Source: a virus (taxonomy: Duplodnaviria; Caudoviricetes). Taken from it: a stretch of 40,867 nt of DNA. The stretch spans positions 1 to 40,867 of IMG/VR virus record IMGVR_UViG_3300029156_000006; one strand, given 5' to 3'. This document shows positions 18,860-27,339 of the stretch, one piece after another (positions within the stretch are counted from its first letter, which is position 1; the number at the start of each line of letters is the position of its first letter). Under the pieces are notes generated by a model. That model was not told the origin of the DNA, did not search any database, and worked only from the letters and a program-made list of their open reading frames with translations. The translations under genes and the position numbers were made by a program.

Positions 18860-18997
18860 AGTCACCTGAACGCACGAAGACAAGTGCTGCCCCTTCACTT
18901 TCTTGTGAAGCCGTGATCTTGAGGGCAGTCGAGGGCCGGTCGCTACGTTATAGCGCAGCCTGCGTTAGTTCCACACAAGCAGTTACGGGGAGATTCT

Positions 18998-19255
18998 ATG
19001 CGCGAAGAAAACGAGAGTAAGCCGCCCACAAGAACACAGGCGGAGATAGCGGCCTACATCGATCTGTGCCTACACAGCAACGGTTGTCCGCCTTCGATTC
19101 GGCAGATAGGCGATAGGTTCGGCATAGGGAATCCGAACGGCGTGAAGTACCACCTAGAGGCTATGCGCTCGAAGGGGATTGTCGACTGGCAGCCGGGTAA
19201 GTCTCGCACGCTGCGCTTGCTCCCGGGGATTCCGGTGGTGGGGGAGGTGGGTTAA
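18998..19255 (+). CDS. LexA-like winged-HTH DNA-binding protein lacking the peptidase domain
   Basis: TRTQ..I..GCPPSIRQIG..FGI..V..HL.A...KG.....PGKSRTL, ending IPVVGEVG. Confidence 0.85.
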   Translation: MREENESKPPTRTQAEIAAYIDLCLHSNGCPPSIRQIGDRFGIGNPNGVKYHLEAMRSKGIVDWQPGKSRTLRLLPGIPVVGEVG

Positions 19256-19450
19256 TTACCTATCACCTAAGTCCCTTACAAGCTTTTTTGTGCGCTTGTC
19301 TGATTTATGGTCAATAACGACAGCGACTGCATGTATCACGCCAGGAACCCAAAGGATTAAAGTCAAAACTATGTTCAATAATGCTTGCACAGGTTTTCCG
19401 CAAATCAATACAGCAACGGGTGGTAGCAGTATGGCTAATAGTATCATCAT
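19256..19450 (-). CDS. YqaE/Pmp3 (UPF0057) family small membrane protein
   Basis: LAILLPPVAV..LNIVLTLILWVPGVIHA signature. Confidence 0.85.
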   Translation of the reverse strand: MMILLAILLPPVAVLICGKPVQALLNIVLTLILWVPGVIHAVAVVIDHKSDKRTKKLVRDLGDR

Positions 19451-19635
19451 TACAGGAGACTCCGGTTTACAGATTGTCAAATGTCGGTTATCGTTTCGTG
19501 CATGGCAATTAAGAGAACACAACACGCTCTTGCTTTGGTGCTGACTGCTTTCTGCATGTCTCTTGATTGCCAAATTAAATTCAGGCTTAAGCAGTCGGCA
19601 CCGAACCAAGAACACACTACCCAAAGGAGCCACGG

Positions 19636-19812
19636 ATGAACCGCGCTCAATCTTTCATGGTGATGAGAATGCTACGGAAGGCATTGTCTTACGAACGCAA
19701 TCGCGTTCCTGTGCCAGAGCACCTTACTCGACGAGGCATAGCGGCTAGGTCTGGCGTCAAGGAAACCTTCGTTTGGTGGTTCGATGATTTTCTACGGGGG
19801 GAATTATGCTGA
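19636..19812 (+). CDS. Small HTH-like protein (58 aa, not in the ORF track)
   Basis: AAGGAG RBS; MNRAQSF..HLTRRGIAARSGVKETFV..GELC. Confidence 0.55.
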   Translation: MNRAQSFMVMRMLRKALSYERNRVPVPEHLTRRGIAARSGVKETFVWWFDDFLRGELC

Positions 19813-20042
19813 ACTCAGAAATTCAACTCTTGGAACCTGGCTACTATCACGCCAATCGTATCAGCGATGGCGAAGAAGTGATCCTTTGGGTTTACAAGTT
19901 GCCTAATGGAGAGAAGTCTTTTTCGTGCAGTAGGCAGATGTTCGCAGGCTTGAATCCATCGAACTACGAGTTAGTGGGTCCGGTGCCTAATCCGTGTGAA
20001 TTGGAATCGCTCACCAACTGCTGTAGTGAGGTGGTGGCATGA
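19806..20042 (+). CDS. Hypothetical protein
   Basis: G-rich RBS; overlaps both neighbours. Confidence 0.55.
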   Translation: MLNSEIQLLEPGYYHANRISDGEEVILWVYKLPNGEKSFSCSRQMFAGLNPSNYELVGPVPNPCELESLTNCCSEVVA

Positions 20043-20776
20043 GCGAAAATTCTGCACTAGTGAAAGCTCTCGCCAAAGCCCAAGGCGAGTTCCCTGAAAT
20101 CCCCAAGGACCGCACCAACGAATACTTCAAGTCGAAGTACGCCACACTTGATGCCGTTATCAGCGCGACACGCGATCCCCTGGTCAAAAACAATATCGCT
20201 GTGACCCACGCATTCACCAGTAACGAAAACGGCCCCTGCGTTACAACAACCCTACGCCACGAGTCTGGCGAAACAATCGAATCATCTATTCCCGTAAACG
20301 CAGGCGACAAAATGCAGGCACTGGGCTCTGCGATCACCTACGCCAAGCGATACAACCTCTGTGCATTACTCAACGTCACCGCAGACGAAGACGACGACGG
20401 CAACGCTGCTCAGCCGCAGAAGGATACCAAGCGGAAATCGCCAGCAAAAAACGCAGCCAAAAAGGCTCCAGCTAAGTCCGAAAAGAAACCGCTTACAAAC
20501 GAAGAACTAATCGAACGTGCTACAGGTTCTTTCAAGAGAGCTGAAAACCATGAACAACTCATGGAGGCGATTAACAAAGTCGGAGATAGCCGCGATTTCT
20601 TCAAGGAGTTTGAAGCGTATTCACAAGCATTGGAAGCTGCCGAAGCTAGGGCTGGCGAACTGAAGTGCAGCGAAGAAGAGATTAACCACACCAAGCGGCG
20701 AATTAGTTGGTATCTCGACGCACACAGTAAAAGCCCCAAGAAGCAACTTGACGATCAGGCTGAGGAATTGTTTTGA
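20039..20776 (+). CDS. erf: ERF-family ssDNA-annealing recombinase
   Basis: KSKYATLD, LRHESGE, QALGSAITYAKRY and DEDDDGN motifs. Confidence 0.92.
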   Translation: MSENSALVKALAKAQGEFPEIPKDRTNEYFKSKYATLDAVISATRDPLVKNNIAVTHAFTSNENGPCVTTTLRHESGETIESSIPVNAGDKMQALGSAITYAKRYNLCALLNVTADEDDDGNAAQPQKDTKRKSPAKNAAKKAPAKSEKKPLTNEELIERATGSFKRAENHEQLMEAINKVGDSRDFFKEFEAYSQALEAAEARAGELKCSEEEINHTKRRISWYLDAHSKSPKKQLDDQAEELF

Positions 20777-21174
20777 AGAAAACGCAGCGATCCTGGAATA
20801 GCACACTGAGAACCAAGAGCCCCAAGCGGAAACGCAAGGATTCAAAAGCCGTGAAGCAACGTAATGCCTATAAGGCCGAATTTCTGATGTGCCAGTTGTG
20901 CTGCAAGAGGCAGGCTACGGACGTGCACGAAATTGCGCGAGGCTCGCACCGTGAGGCTGCTTTTGCCGAGCCAGCAACATGGCTGACGCTTTGCCGCTAC
21001 TGTCACCAAGAAATGGGCGATTACTCGGTATGGCCTCTAACAAGGCAATTGGCTTTGAAGCTAGTAGTAGACCCAACAAGGTTTGACCTAGTGATATTTA
21101 ACAGAGTTCGTGGCCGAGCCGACACGGCAATAGAGCTCGCCGACATTACCAAGCATTTACAATTAGCAGGTTAG
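20773..21174 (+). CDS. HNH-like zinc endonuclease
   Basis: CQLC..ATDVHE..LCRYCH. Confidence 0.65.
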   Translation: MKKTQRSWNSTLRTKSPKRKRKDSKAVKQRNAYKAEFLMCQLCCKRQATDVHEIARGSHREAAFAEPATWLTLCRYCHQEMGDYSVWPLTRQLALKLVVDPTRFDLVIFNRVRGRADTAIELADITKHLQLAG

Positions 21175-21183
21175 GAGTTGAAC

Positions 21184-21906
21184 GTGGCCAAGGAAACGGT
21201 ACAAGCCAAGAAGCTACAGGTTGAGCGTCTGCAAACTCGCGTCTCCACCGATAGCACCTATATCGAAGAGCTCGCCGACCGCATGAAGTCGGGTGCGGCC
21301 TTCCCTCCGATCACGGTAGTACGCAATGGCTCGGGCGCCTGGTTGGCTGACGGCATTCATAGATTGGATGCTGCGATCATGGCTGGCAAGAAAATCGAGG
21401 TCAACTACATAGCTGGCGACCGCAAGAAAGCAGTCGAGATAGCTTGTGGTGCCAACCAATCTCACGGGCTCCGCAGGTCAAACGCAGACAAACGCCGTGC
21501 TGTCGGCATGGCCCTTAAAGAATTCAGCGGCAAGAGTGACCGAGCCCTTGCAGATATGTGCGGAGTAGGACGCCCGCTAGTTGCGGAGCTGCGTTCCAGT
21601 CAGGTGGCAGAAAAGCCACCTGGAAATTCCACCCGCACTGGAAAAGACGGGAAAAACTATAAGGTACCGGTGCCAAAACCGCCAACTAAGCCCAGTTCGG
21701 CAGCGACCGATTTCGACCCTGGGAACCTGCCACCGGCAGCGGCCACCAAGCCGCCAAAACCCGGCAAGGCGACAGTTACAGTCAAGCAGCGGAAGGCATG
21801 CCACACACACCTTGGCGGGCTGATACGTTCTTTGCAGTCAGTTGGTATCTACGACGAGTTCCTTGGAGCTCTCAATCAGATAGCGGAAAGGCTCAAGCAG
21901 ATATGA
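21184..21906 (+). CDS. ParB N-terminal-like domain plus HTH protein
   Basis: FPPITV..WLADGIHR..AN..HGLRRSNADKR..SDRALADMCGV; AGGAG RBS before the GTG at 21184. Confidence 0.75.
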   Translation: MAKETVQAKKLQVERLQTRVSTDSTYIEELADRMKSGAAFPPITVVRNGSGAWLADGIHRLDAAIMAGKKIEVNYIAGDRKKAVEIACGANQSHGLRRSNADKRRAVGMALKEFSGKSDRALADMCGVGRPLVAELRSSQVAEKPPGNSTRTGKDGKNYKVPVPKPPTKPSSAATDFDPGNLPPAAATKPPKPGKATVTVKQRKACHTHLGGLIRSLQSVGIYDEFLGALNQIAERLKQI

Positions 21907-22787
21907 AGTGCAAGTTGTTCGACATAGCCGCCTTTGGAAGACGAGAATCTGTATTGTGCCTGCCAGGTCGCGAGAAGCTTATCCGCTCTGCTCGGGCAAA
22001 TATAAGAAAGTCTGTTTTCTTAGACGCAAGTGAGATTAACGAAGCACATAATTCATGGCTCAACACTGGGGGAGATTTTGCAGATGACCTAAGGCGGTGC
22101 ATTCCACCCTGGGAAAACCTATTTATTTATGGTGGCTACGAAATATCTCCTGATGGTCACAAAGTCGAGTCGGGAGTGCACTGCTTGACAAGCAACCGAT
22201 ACACGAAGGATGAAATACCACAGGGAAACGATGGGATCCAAGGTGATGTGGCGGAAATAATACGCGAAGGCTCACGCATGGTGGTAATGACCTCTTGGAT
22301 GCGCATTGAAAAAATGCGCAGCAAGGTTTTCTTCATGCTACCCCACACCGCGGTACTAAGGGACGACGGATCGTATGTTAGTAGCTGGGGCGCGGACTAC
22401 AGGCAATTCGGGTTCAACGATTCGAAGGACAACTGGTGGTCTTTGGCACTTTTCACATGCCAGCTTGTTCATTGCAAGAATATCATCACACAGGAACACC
22501 CGCCATATAGACCAACAATGCCCAAGGGAAAGCGTAATAAGTCCCCTAAAATTAAGTACCACACACTGCGTATCAGCAATAGCTTAGTGAAAAGCGAAAG
22601 CAGGGATTCAACCAACAAAGGGCAGGAAAAGCCTAAGCATATATGTCGTGGTAAATTCGCTCATTACACCGAAGAGAAAAAGCTCTTCGGCAAGTACACG
22701 GGTACTTTCTGGCGGCCAATGCACATCCGCGGCAGCGCCAACCACGGCATTGTGGGAAAGGACTACGCTATGGGGGACACAGCATGA
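21903..22787 (+). CDS. Conserved-type phage hypothetical protein
   Basis: ATGA overlap; C-terminal H-x-x-RG..W...H.RG motif seen in many phage proteins. Confidence 0.6.
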   Translation: MKCKLFDIAAFGRRESVLCLPGREKLIRSARANIRKSVFLDASEINEAHNSWLNTGGDFADDLRRCIPPWENLFIYGGYEISPDGHKVESGVHCLTSNRYTKDEIPQGNDGIQGDVAEIIREGSRMVVMTSWMRIEKMRSKVFFMLPHTAVLRDDGSYVSSWGADYRQFGFNDSKDNWWSLALFTCQLVHCKNIITQEHPPYRPTMPKGKRNKSPKIKYHTLRISNSLVKSESRDSTNKGQEKPKHICRGKFAHYTEEKKLFGKYTGTFWRPMHIRGSANHGIVGKDYAMGDTA

Positions 22788-24295
22788 ACCTTTGGCCGCA
22801 CCAACAACGCGCATTAGACCAGCTCGCCGCAAGCTCTTCGCGCAGGGTGGTTGTCACTAGCCCCACGGGCGGTGGCAAGTCGCTCATCATGCAGAAGATC
22901 ATCGAGCAAGGTAAGCGAACCACCGTATTCGCTAATCGAGTGGCGTTGGTTGAACAGTTGGCCCATGGGCTCAATGAGGCTGGGATTCAGTACGGGATGC
23001 AGGCAAGTGGATATGCTCCTGATTCGGGCGCTGGTGTGCAGATTGCTTCTATACAAACCGTCGACAAACGAATAAAGGCTGGCAAGGCAACTATCGACGA
23101 TGCAGAAATTGTTCTATTGGATGAATGCCACAACGAGACAGGTGAGCGCTCATGCGAAATACTCGACAAATACACAGAGCAGGGTGCCCGCGTCATCGGC
23201 GTCACAGCCACTCCTATCGGCATCGGGCATATGTTCGACGATCTTATCGTTGCAGGGACAACGAGCGAACTACGCAAGTGTGGGGCGTTGGTGGCGGCAC
23301 AGACATACGCTCCTGACGAACCGGACGTGCGAGCTCTCAAAGCCAAGACCAAAGGTATCTTGCAACTGCGCGATGAAGTCAAGGAAGTTATGTTGCACAC
23401 GATTTTTGGTCGTGTCATCGAACACTACCACAGATTGAATCCCGACCAGTTACCTACGATCCTGTTCGCCCCTGGCGTTGACGAATCAGCATGGTTCTGT
23501 GAGCAGTTCAACGCCCAAGGCATTCCGTGGAGTCATATCGACGGTAGCAAGATCATTATCAACGGCGAGACGATGAGCGCTTCGCGCGAGAACCGCGAGC
23601 TACTCAAAGCTGCTTGCGAGAGTGGGCGAACTAAGGGCGTATCGAACCGCTTTGTCATGCGAGAGGGAGTCAACTGGCCTTTCCTAGCTCACGGCATATT
23701 CGCCTGTACGTTCGGCAGTGTGGCTAGCTACATCCAAGCGGGTGGGCGCCTGCTACGCAACCACGACAGCCTAGAAAACGTGACCATCCAAGACCACGGC
23801 GGCAACTTTTGGCGACACGATTCGCTCAATGATGACCGCGAATGGCACTTAGAAGATACCTACCGCAAGATACAAGACCGGCATGACGAAGTGTTCCGCA
23901 CCAAAGCAGAGCCCGAGCCCATTGTTTGCCCCAAGTGCGCAAAGATCAGGCGTTCGGGGGTCTCATGCCCGCAGTGCGGGTTTACTTATCGTGGCCGGCA
24001 GCGAACTGTGGTGCAAACAGACGGCAGTTTGCGAGAGGTTCACGGCGATGTGTACCGCAAGCGTGTTGTCAACGAATCACCCGAAGCCCACAAAAAGTGG
24101 ACAGCTTGCGTCTTTCGCTGCAAAAACTCCGACAGAACTTTCAATCAGGCCCGCGCACTGTTTCAGCGTGAAAACTCTGGCACAGTGCCCGGCTCTGATT
24201 TCCCACTAATGCCACAGAACGAAGCGGACTGGTACGCCAAGGTGCGTGATGTGCCGTTTCAGAGGCTGAGCAGGAAGCAGGGGGCTGCGGTATGA
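22784..24295 (+). CDS. Superfamily II (DEAD/DEAH-like) helicase with Zn finger
   Basis: SPTGGGKS, DECH, TATP, QAGGRLLR, CPKC..CPQC. Confidence 0.92.
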   Translation: MNLWPHQQRALDQLAASSSRRVVVTSPTGGGKSLIMQKIIEQGKRTTVFANRVALVEQLAHGLNEAGIQYGMQASGYAPDSGAGVQIASIQTVDKRIKAGKATIDDAEIVLLDECHNETGERSCEILDKYTEQGARVIGVTATPIGIGHMFDDLIVAGTTSELRKCGALVAAQTYAPDEPDVRALKAKTKGILQLRDEVKEVMLHTIFGRVIEHYHRLNPDQLPTILFAPGVDESAWFCEQFNAQGIPWSHIDGSKIIINGETMSASRENRELLKAACESGRTKGVSNRFVMREGVNWPFLAHGIFACTFGSVASYIQAGGRLLRNHDSLENVTIQDHGGNFWRHDSLNDDREWHLEDTYRKIQDRHDEVFRTKAEPEPIVCPKCAKIRRSGVSCPQCGFTYRGRQRTVVQTDGSLREVHGDVYRKRVVNESPEAHKKWTACVFRCKNSDRTFNQARALFQRENSGTVPGSDFPLMPQNEADWYAKVRDVPFQRLSRKQGAAV

Positions 24296-24501
24296 AGCTA
24301 AACAATACAAAAACGCTGAGAGTCGGGAAGGGCATTAAGGGAGTTTATGCAGAAGGCCCGAAGCGTGCAGGTGAATTGAAGTGCCAGGCGTTGTGCCTTG
24401 ATGGCATCCCCTGCTGTAGATACGCCGCCAAGAAGTTTGGCGAATTACTCCTATGCAATCAGCACGCAAAGAAATATTTAAGATTAGAAGCAGTTACATA
24501 G
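24292..24501 (+). CDS. Small Zn-binding hypothetical protein
   Basis: CQA....G.PC..LCNQH; ATGA overlap. Confidence 0.55.
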   Translation: MKLNNTKTLRVGKGIKGVYAEGPKRAGELKCQALCLDGIPCCRYAAKKFGELLLCNQHAKKYLRLEAVT

Positions 24502-24741
24502 CGGTTCGATCACCGACAGCGGCCAAGACGAAAGCACAGCCCGGAAGATCAGAAGGATTGCCATTGCTGCGGCGCGTACACGTCATGGACTGACGCGAAA
24601 TGGAATGGCTTATGTGTTAAGGAAATGACCGCAGCGGGGTGTAAGCGACGGCGTCCGAGCGGCGATACGTAGCGACCCTCTGGCACCCGATTTACTTCGG
24701 GGGGCTGGGGGGTATTGCGCTCCGACGAACCGCCGACGAAC
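24501..24741 (+). ncRNA. Putative structured RNA / replication origin
   Basis: Non-coding gap closed by GCGGTTCG/CGAACCGC; internal stems; long G-U-rich hairpin at 24668-24719 containing G6CTG6. Confidence 0.45.
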
Positions 24742-24759
24742 GTAACGGAGTTTTGATTC

Positions 24760-25239
24760 GTGATGATTTTGCAAAATAAGAGTGACCAGATTGAGCGAGC
24801 CGTATTGGCGTTGGTATTTCAAGCAAGCGACGAGAACATGCTGTGGAGCTTAGAAGATGCAGACTTTGCGAACCCAAGTCACAAGTTCCTTTTCTCGGAG
24901 CTAAACGGCATGGTTGCTTCTGGCGCTCCACTTGGCGACCCCGTAGCCTGTGCCAACTGGTTTTGTTCGGAAGGTGCAAAGAAGCGTGCCACAGGTATCA
25001 AGGAAGGCAACTTGCCAGAGTTGAGTTACGAAATATTCAAGACAGAAGTAATCAAGGCCAATCAAGACTATTACATGAAACTCCTACGTCGCAACCGTCT
25101 AAGCCGTGCACTGAAGATGCTGGCCAGGATGTTGAACCACAAACTAACCAAGGCTGTGGAAGAACCGAACGACATTCTTAGCTGGTTAAGCGGCCAAGTC
25201 GAAACAATCAATGAAAAGGCGTCGGAGGTGTTGGCATGA
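24760..25239 (+). CDS. Stand-alone DnaB N-terminal-like domain protein
   Basis: IERAVLA..L..ADFANPSHKFLF resembles the DnaB NTD (EQAVLG..DFY.P.H..IF); no RecA-type ATPase domain. Confidence 0.65.
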   Translation: MMILQNKSDQIERAVLALVFQASDENMLWSLEDADFANPSHKFLFSELNGMVASGAPLGDPVACANWFCSEGAKKRATGIKEGNLPELSYEIFKTEVIKANQDYYMKLLRRNRLSRALKMLARMLNHKLTKAVEEPNDILSWLSGQVETINEKASEVLA

Positions 25240-25553
25240 AGCGATCAATTCCAGCCGCAACACAAGGGAAAATCAAGCGACATTACCAGCAAGGATTTTC
25301 CGCAAAAATACTCGCAAAACAAAATGGATTAACTGTCAAAGAGGTGTTGACGATTGTGCGAGGCGAGCAGCCTGCAAGTCGCTTCGAGGAAGACTCAGAG
25401 GCAGGAAGGATTCACGCGGCGTGTTCGATGTGGAGACGCAACGAGAGCAAGCAGCAATCAGAAAGGCGTCGGCAGGTGACAAAGCGGGCTATTATCGGCA
25501 ACTTCGCTGACGTGAACTGGTGGGAACATGCTTCAAAAACGGAGGCGAAGTGA
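25236..25553 (+). CDS. Putative HTH protein
   Basis: YQQGFSAKILAKQNGLT..EV..IVRG. Confidence 0.55.
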   Translation: MKRSIPAATQGKIKRHYQQGFSAKILAKQNGLTVKEVLTIVRGEQPASRFEEDSEAGRIHAACSMWRRNESKQQSERRRQVTKRAIIGNFADVNWWEHASKTEAK

Positions 25554-25990
25554 TGGCAGTAACCCTAGCCTTAGACCTAGCACGCAAAACCGGCTACGCA
25601 ACAGAACACGAAAGCGGCGTAGTGGATTTCGGATTCATGCCAGAAGAAACGCTTGGCAGTAAGTTGGATAGATTTCAGCAATGGCTTTACGAGTGGACTC
25701 CTCTTGAACCCACGAAAGTTATCTGCGAAAGATCGCACCATAGGGGCGGAGCTGCAACAAGGCAGGCAATCGGCATGGAGGGATTAGTCGAGCTATTCGC
25801 GCACGAAGTCGAAGCGGACTTAGAGTTTGTGCATACACGCACACTCAAAAAACACGCGACCGGAAACGGCGCAGCGAAGAAACCGGAAATGATAGCAGCG
25901 GCAATCGAGAAGTGGCCGGAGATTGAAATTGAGGACGACAACCACGCCGACGCTTTGTGGTTATTGGATTACGAGAAAAATGGAAAGTAG
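25553..25990 (+). CDS. RuvC-like Holliday junction resolvase
   Basis: LALDL..TGYA, VICE, LKKHATGNGAAKK and DDNHADAL motifs. Confidence 0.85.
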   Translation: MAVTLALDLARKTGYATEHESGVVDFGFMPEETLGSKLDRFQQWLYEWTPLEPTKVICERSHHRGGAATRQAIGMEGLVELFAHEVEADLEFVHTRTLKKHATGNGAAKKPEMIAAAIEKWPEIEIEDDNHADALWLLDYEKNGK

Positions 25991-26022
25991 GAGCGCACGA
26001 CGCGCAGTTGAACGGACTCACT

Positions 26023-26080
26023 AAAGGGGGCAGTCGCAACCCTCACTTGATAGACACCCAGTAACGCGGCTGCCCCTTTT
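26023..26080 (+). terminator. Long-loop hairpin followed by a T run
   Basis: GGGGCAGTCGC / GCGGCTGCCCC stem, 28-nt loop, TTTT. Confidence 0.4.
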
Positions 26081-26197
26081 GGTTTCAAACCCCAGTACGG
26101 TACGACGCATCGAAGTGTATCGAAACAGCACAAGAAAACCACGGTATTAAACCAAAACGCAAATAGCGAAAATCGCTATCTAACCATAAAGAAATCA

Positions 26198-26989
26198 ATG
26201 AATGAGTTGGCTTTATTTGCCGGAGCTGGCGGAGGATTGCTCGGTAGTCGATTGCTCGACTGGCGTACAGTCTGCGCCGTCGAGATTGACAAGTATTGCC
26301 AGCGAGTCTTGCTCCAGCGCCAACGTGACGGCCACCTCGTGCGATTCCCCATCTGGGACGACGTGCGAACTTTCGATGGCAACGAGTGGTGCGGTCGAGT
26401 CGATGTCGTTACCGCAGGATTTCCTTGCCCGGCATTCAGCCAAGCGCGAGGTGGAAAGAACCCCGACCCGTGGGCAAATACAAAAAACATGTGGCCACAC
26501 ACTTTTCGCATCATCAACGAAGTCAAACCGGCGTGGTGCCTACTGGAGAATGTGCCGGGACTTCTTTCAGGAAGTCATGGTTACTTCGGCAAGGTACTCA
26601 GAGACATGGCCAAGGGCGGGTTTAGTATTGCTTGGGATGTGCTATCGGCGGCAGACGAAGGCGCGGATCACATCCGCGACAGGTTGTGGATACTTGGCTA
26701 CTCCAACAGCAACTGCGAACCAGACGTCTCCGTCAATGATGAAGCATCCAGGTTGCCGGTTGCTTCTGCCAACACCAGTAGCGACTGCAGCCATAAGTAC
26801 ATCAGGCCCCACAGAGTCGAAGAAGAGATACAAGGAGCACGGAATTACTGGGAGGTTGAACCCAGATTGGCAAGAGTGGCGAATGGGGTGGCCGATTTCA
26901 TGGACCGCTCAAAAGCCATTGGAAACGGACAAGTTCCAGCAGTGGTTGTCCGCGCATGGCAAGAATTGAGCAAGCAAGTCAGTAACTGA
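26198..26989 (+). CDS. C5 cytosine DNA methyltransferase, large polypeptide
   Basis: Motifs I (LFAGAGG), IV (GFPC), VI (ENV), VIII (HIRDR) and X (IGNGQVP). Confidence 0.9.
   Translation: MNELALFAGAGGGLLGSRLLDWRTVCAVEIDKYCQRVLLQRQRDGHLVRFPIWDDVRTFDGNEWCGRVDVVTAGFPCPAFSQARGGKNPDPWANTKNMWPHTFRIINEVKPAWCLLENVPGLLSGSHGYFGKVLRDMAKGGFSIAWDVLSAADEGADHIRDRLWILGYSNSNCEPDVSVNDEASRLPVASANTSSDCSHKYIRPHRVEEEIQGARNYWEVEPRLARVANGVADFMDRSKAIGNGQVPAVVVRAWQELSKQVSN
26202..26969 (+). CDS. Nested +1-frame ORF: putative second methyltransferase polypeptide carrying motif IX
   Basis: 255-codon open frame with LATPTA/LPTPVA repeats and GRLNPDWQEWRMGWPISWT. Confidence 0.6.
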   Translation: MSWLYLPELAEDCSVVDCSTGVQSAPSRLTSIASESCSSANVTATSCDSPSGTTCELSMATSGAVESMSLPQDFLARHSAKREVERTPTRGQIQKTCGHTLFASSTKSNRRGAYWRMCRDFFQEVMVTSARYSETWPRAGLVLLGMCYRRQTKARITSATGCGYLATPTATANQTSPSMMKHPGCRLLLPTPVATAAISTSGPTESKKRYKEHGITGRLNPDWQEWRMGWPISWTAQKPLETDKFQQWLSAHGKN

Positions 26990-27032
26990 AATACCGCCAG
27001 CCAGTAGCCCACACCAACTTAGAGAACCGAGA

Positions 27033-27278
27033 ATGAGCATGAAAGAAGTTCAGGCGATGGTGACCACAAGGAAAGTCTCAACGGAAGTTGAAGTAGTAAT
27101 TCCCGGAGATACGTTCCACGTCGCTAAGGGCGTGGAGGAAGCCATCGACATTACTCTAGGAGATGATGGGATTGTCTATTGCAGCTACTGCCCAGACAAC
27201 AAGACGGCTAGCAAAATCGAAAAGTCATTCACCTACGACGAGTTTGTTAGGCGGATGAAGATTCTTATTCAGTTGTAA
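27033..27278 (+). CDS. Hypothetical protein
   Basis: ORF bounded by junction motifs. Confidence 0.6.
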   Translation: MSMKEVQAMVTTRKVSTEVEVVIPGDTFHVAKGVEEAIDITLGDDGIVYCSYCPDNKTASKIEKSFTYDEFVRRMKILIQL

Positions 27279-27339
27279 TCACGATACCGAACACGTCTTT
27301 TGAAGCTACTAATCAACAGTATCAAAGGAGATTTAGATC

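Noticed and set aside
19618-19632. TAC-N9-CCA copy of the junction motif next to the yqaE moron
   Set aside because: A single degenerate copy outside the array whose spacer is simply the RBS; cannot be distinguished from chance without a motif scan
24501-24600. tRNA (GGTTCGAT) or hammerhead ribozyme (CTGACG..GAAA)
   Set aside because: No cloverleaf can be built; the core reads CTGACGC rather than CUGANGA and the hammerhead stems are not in place
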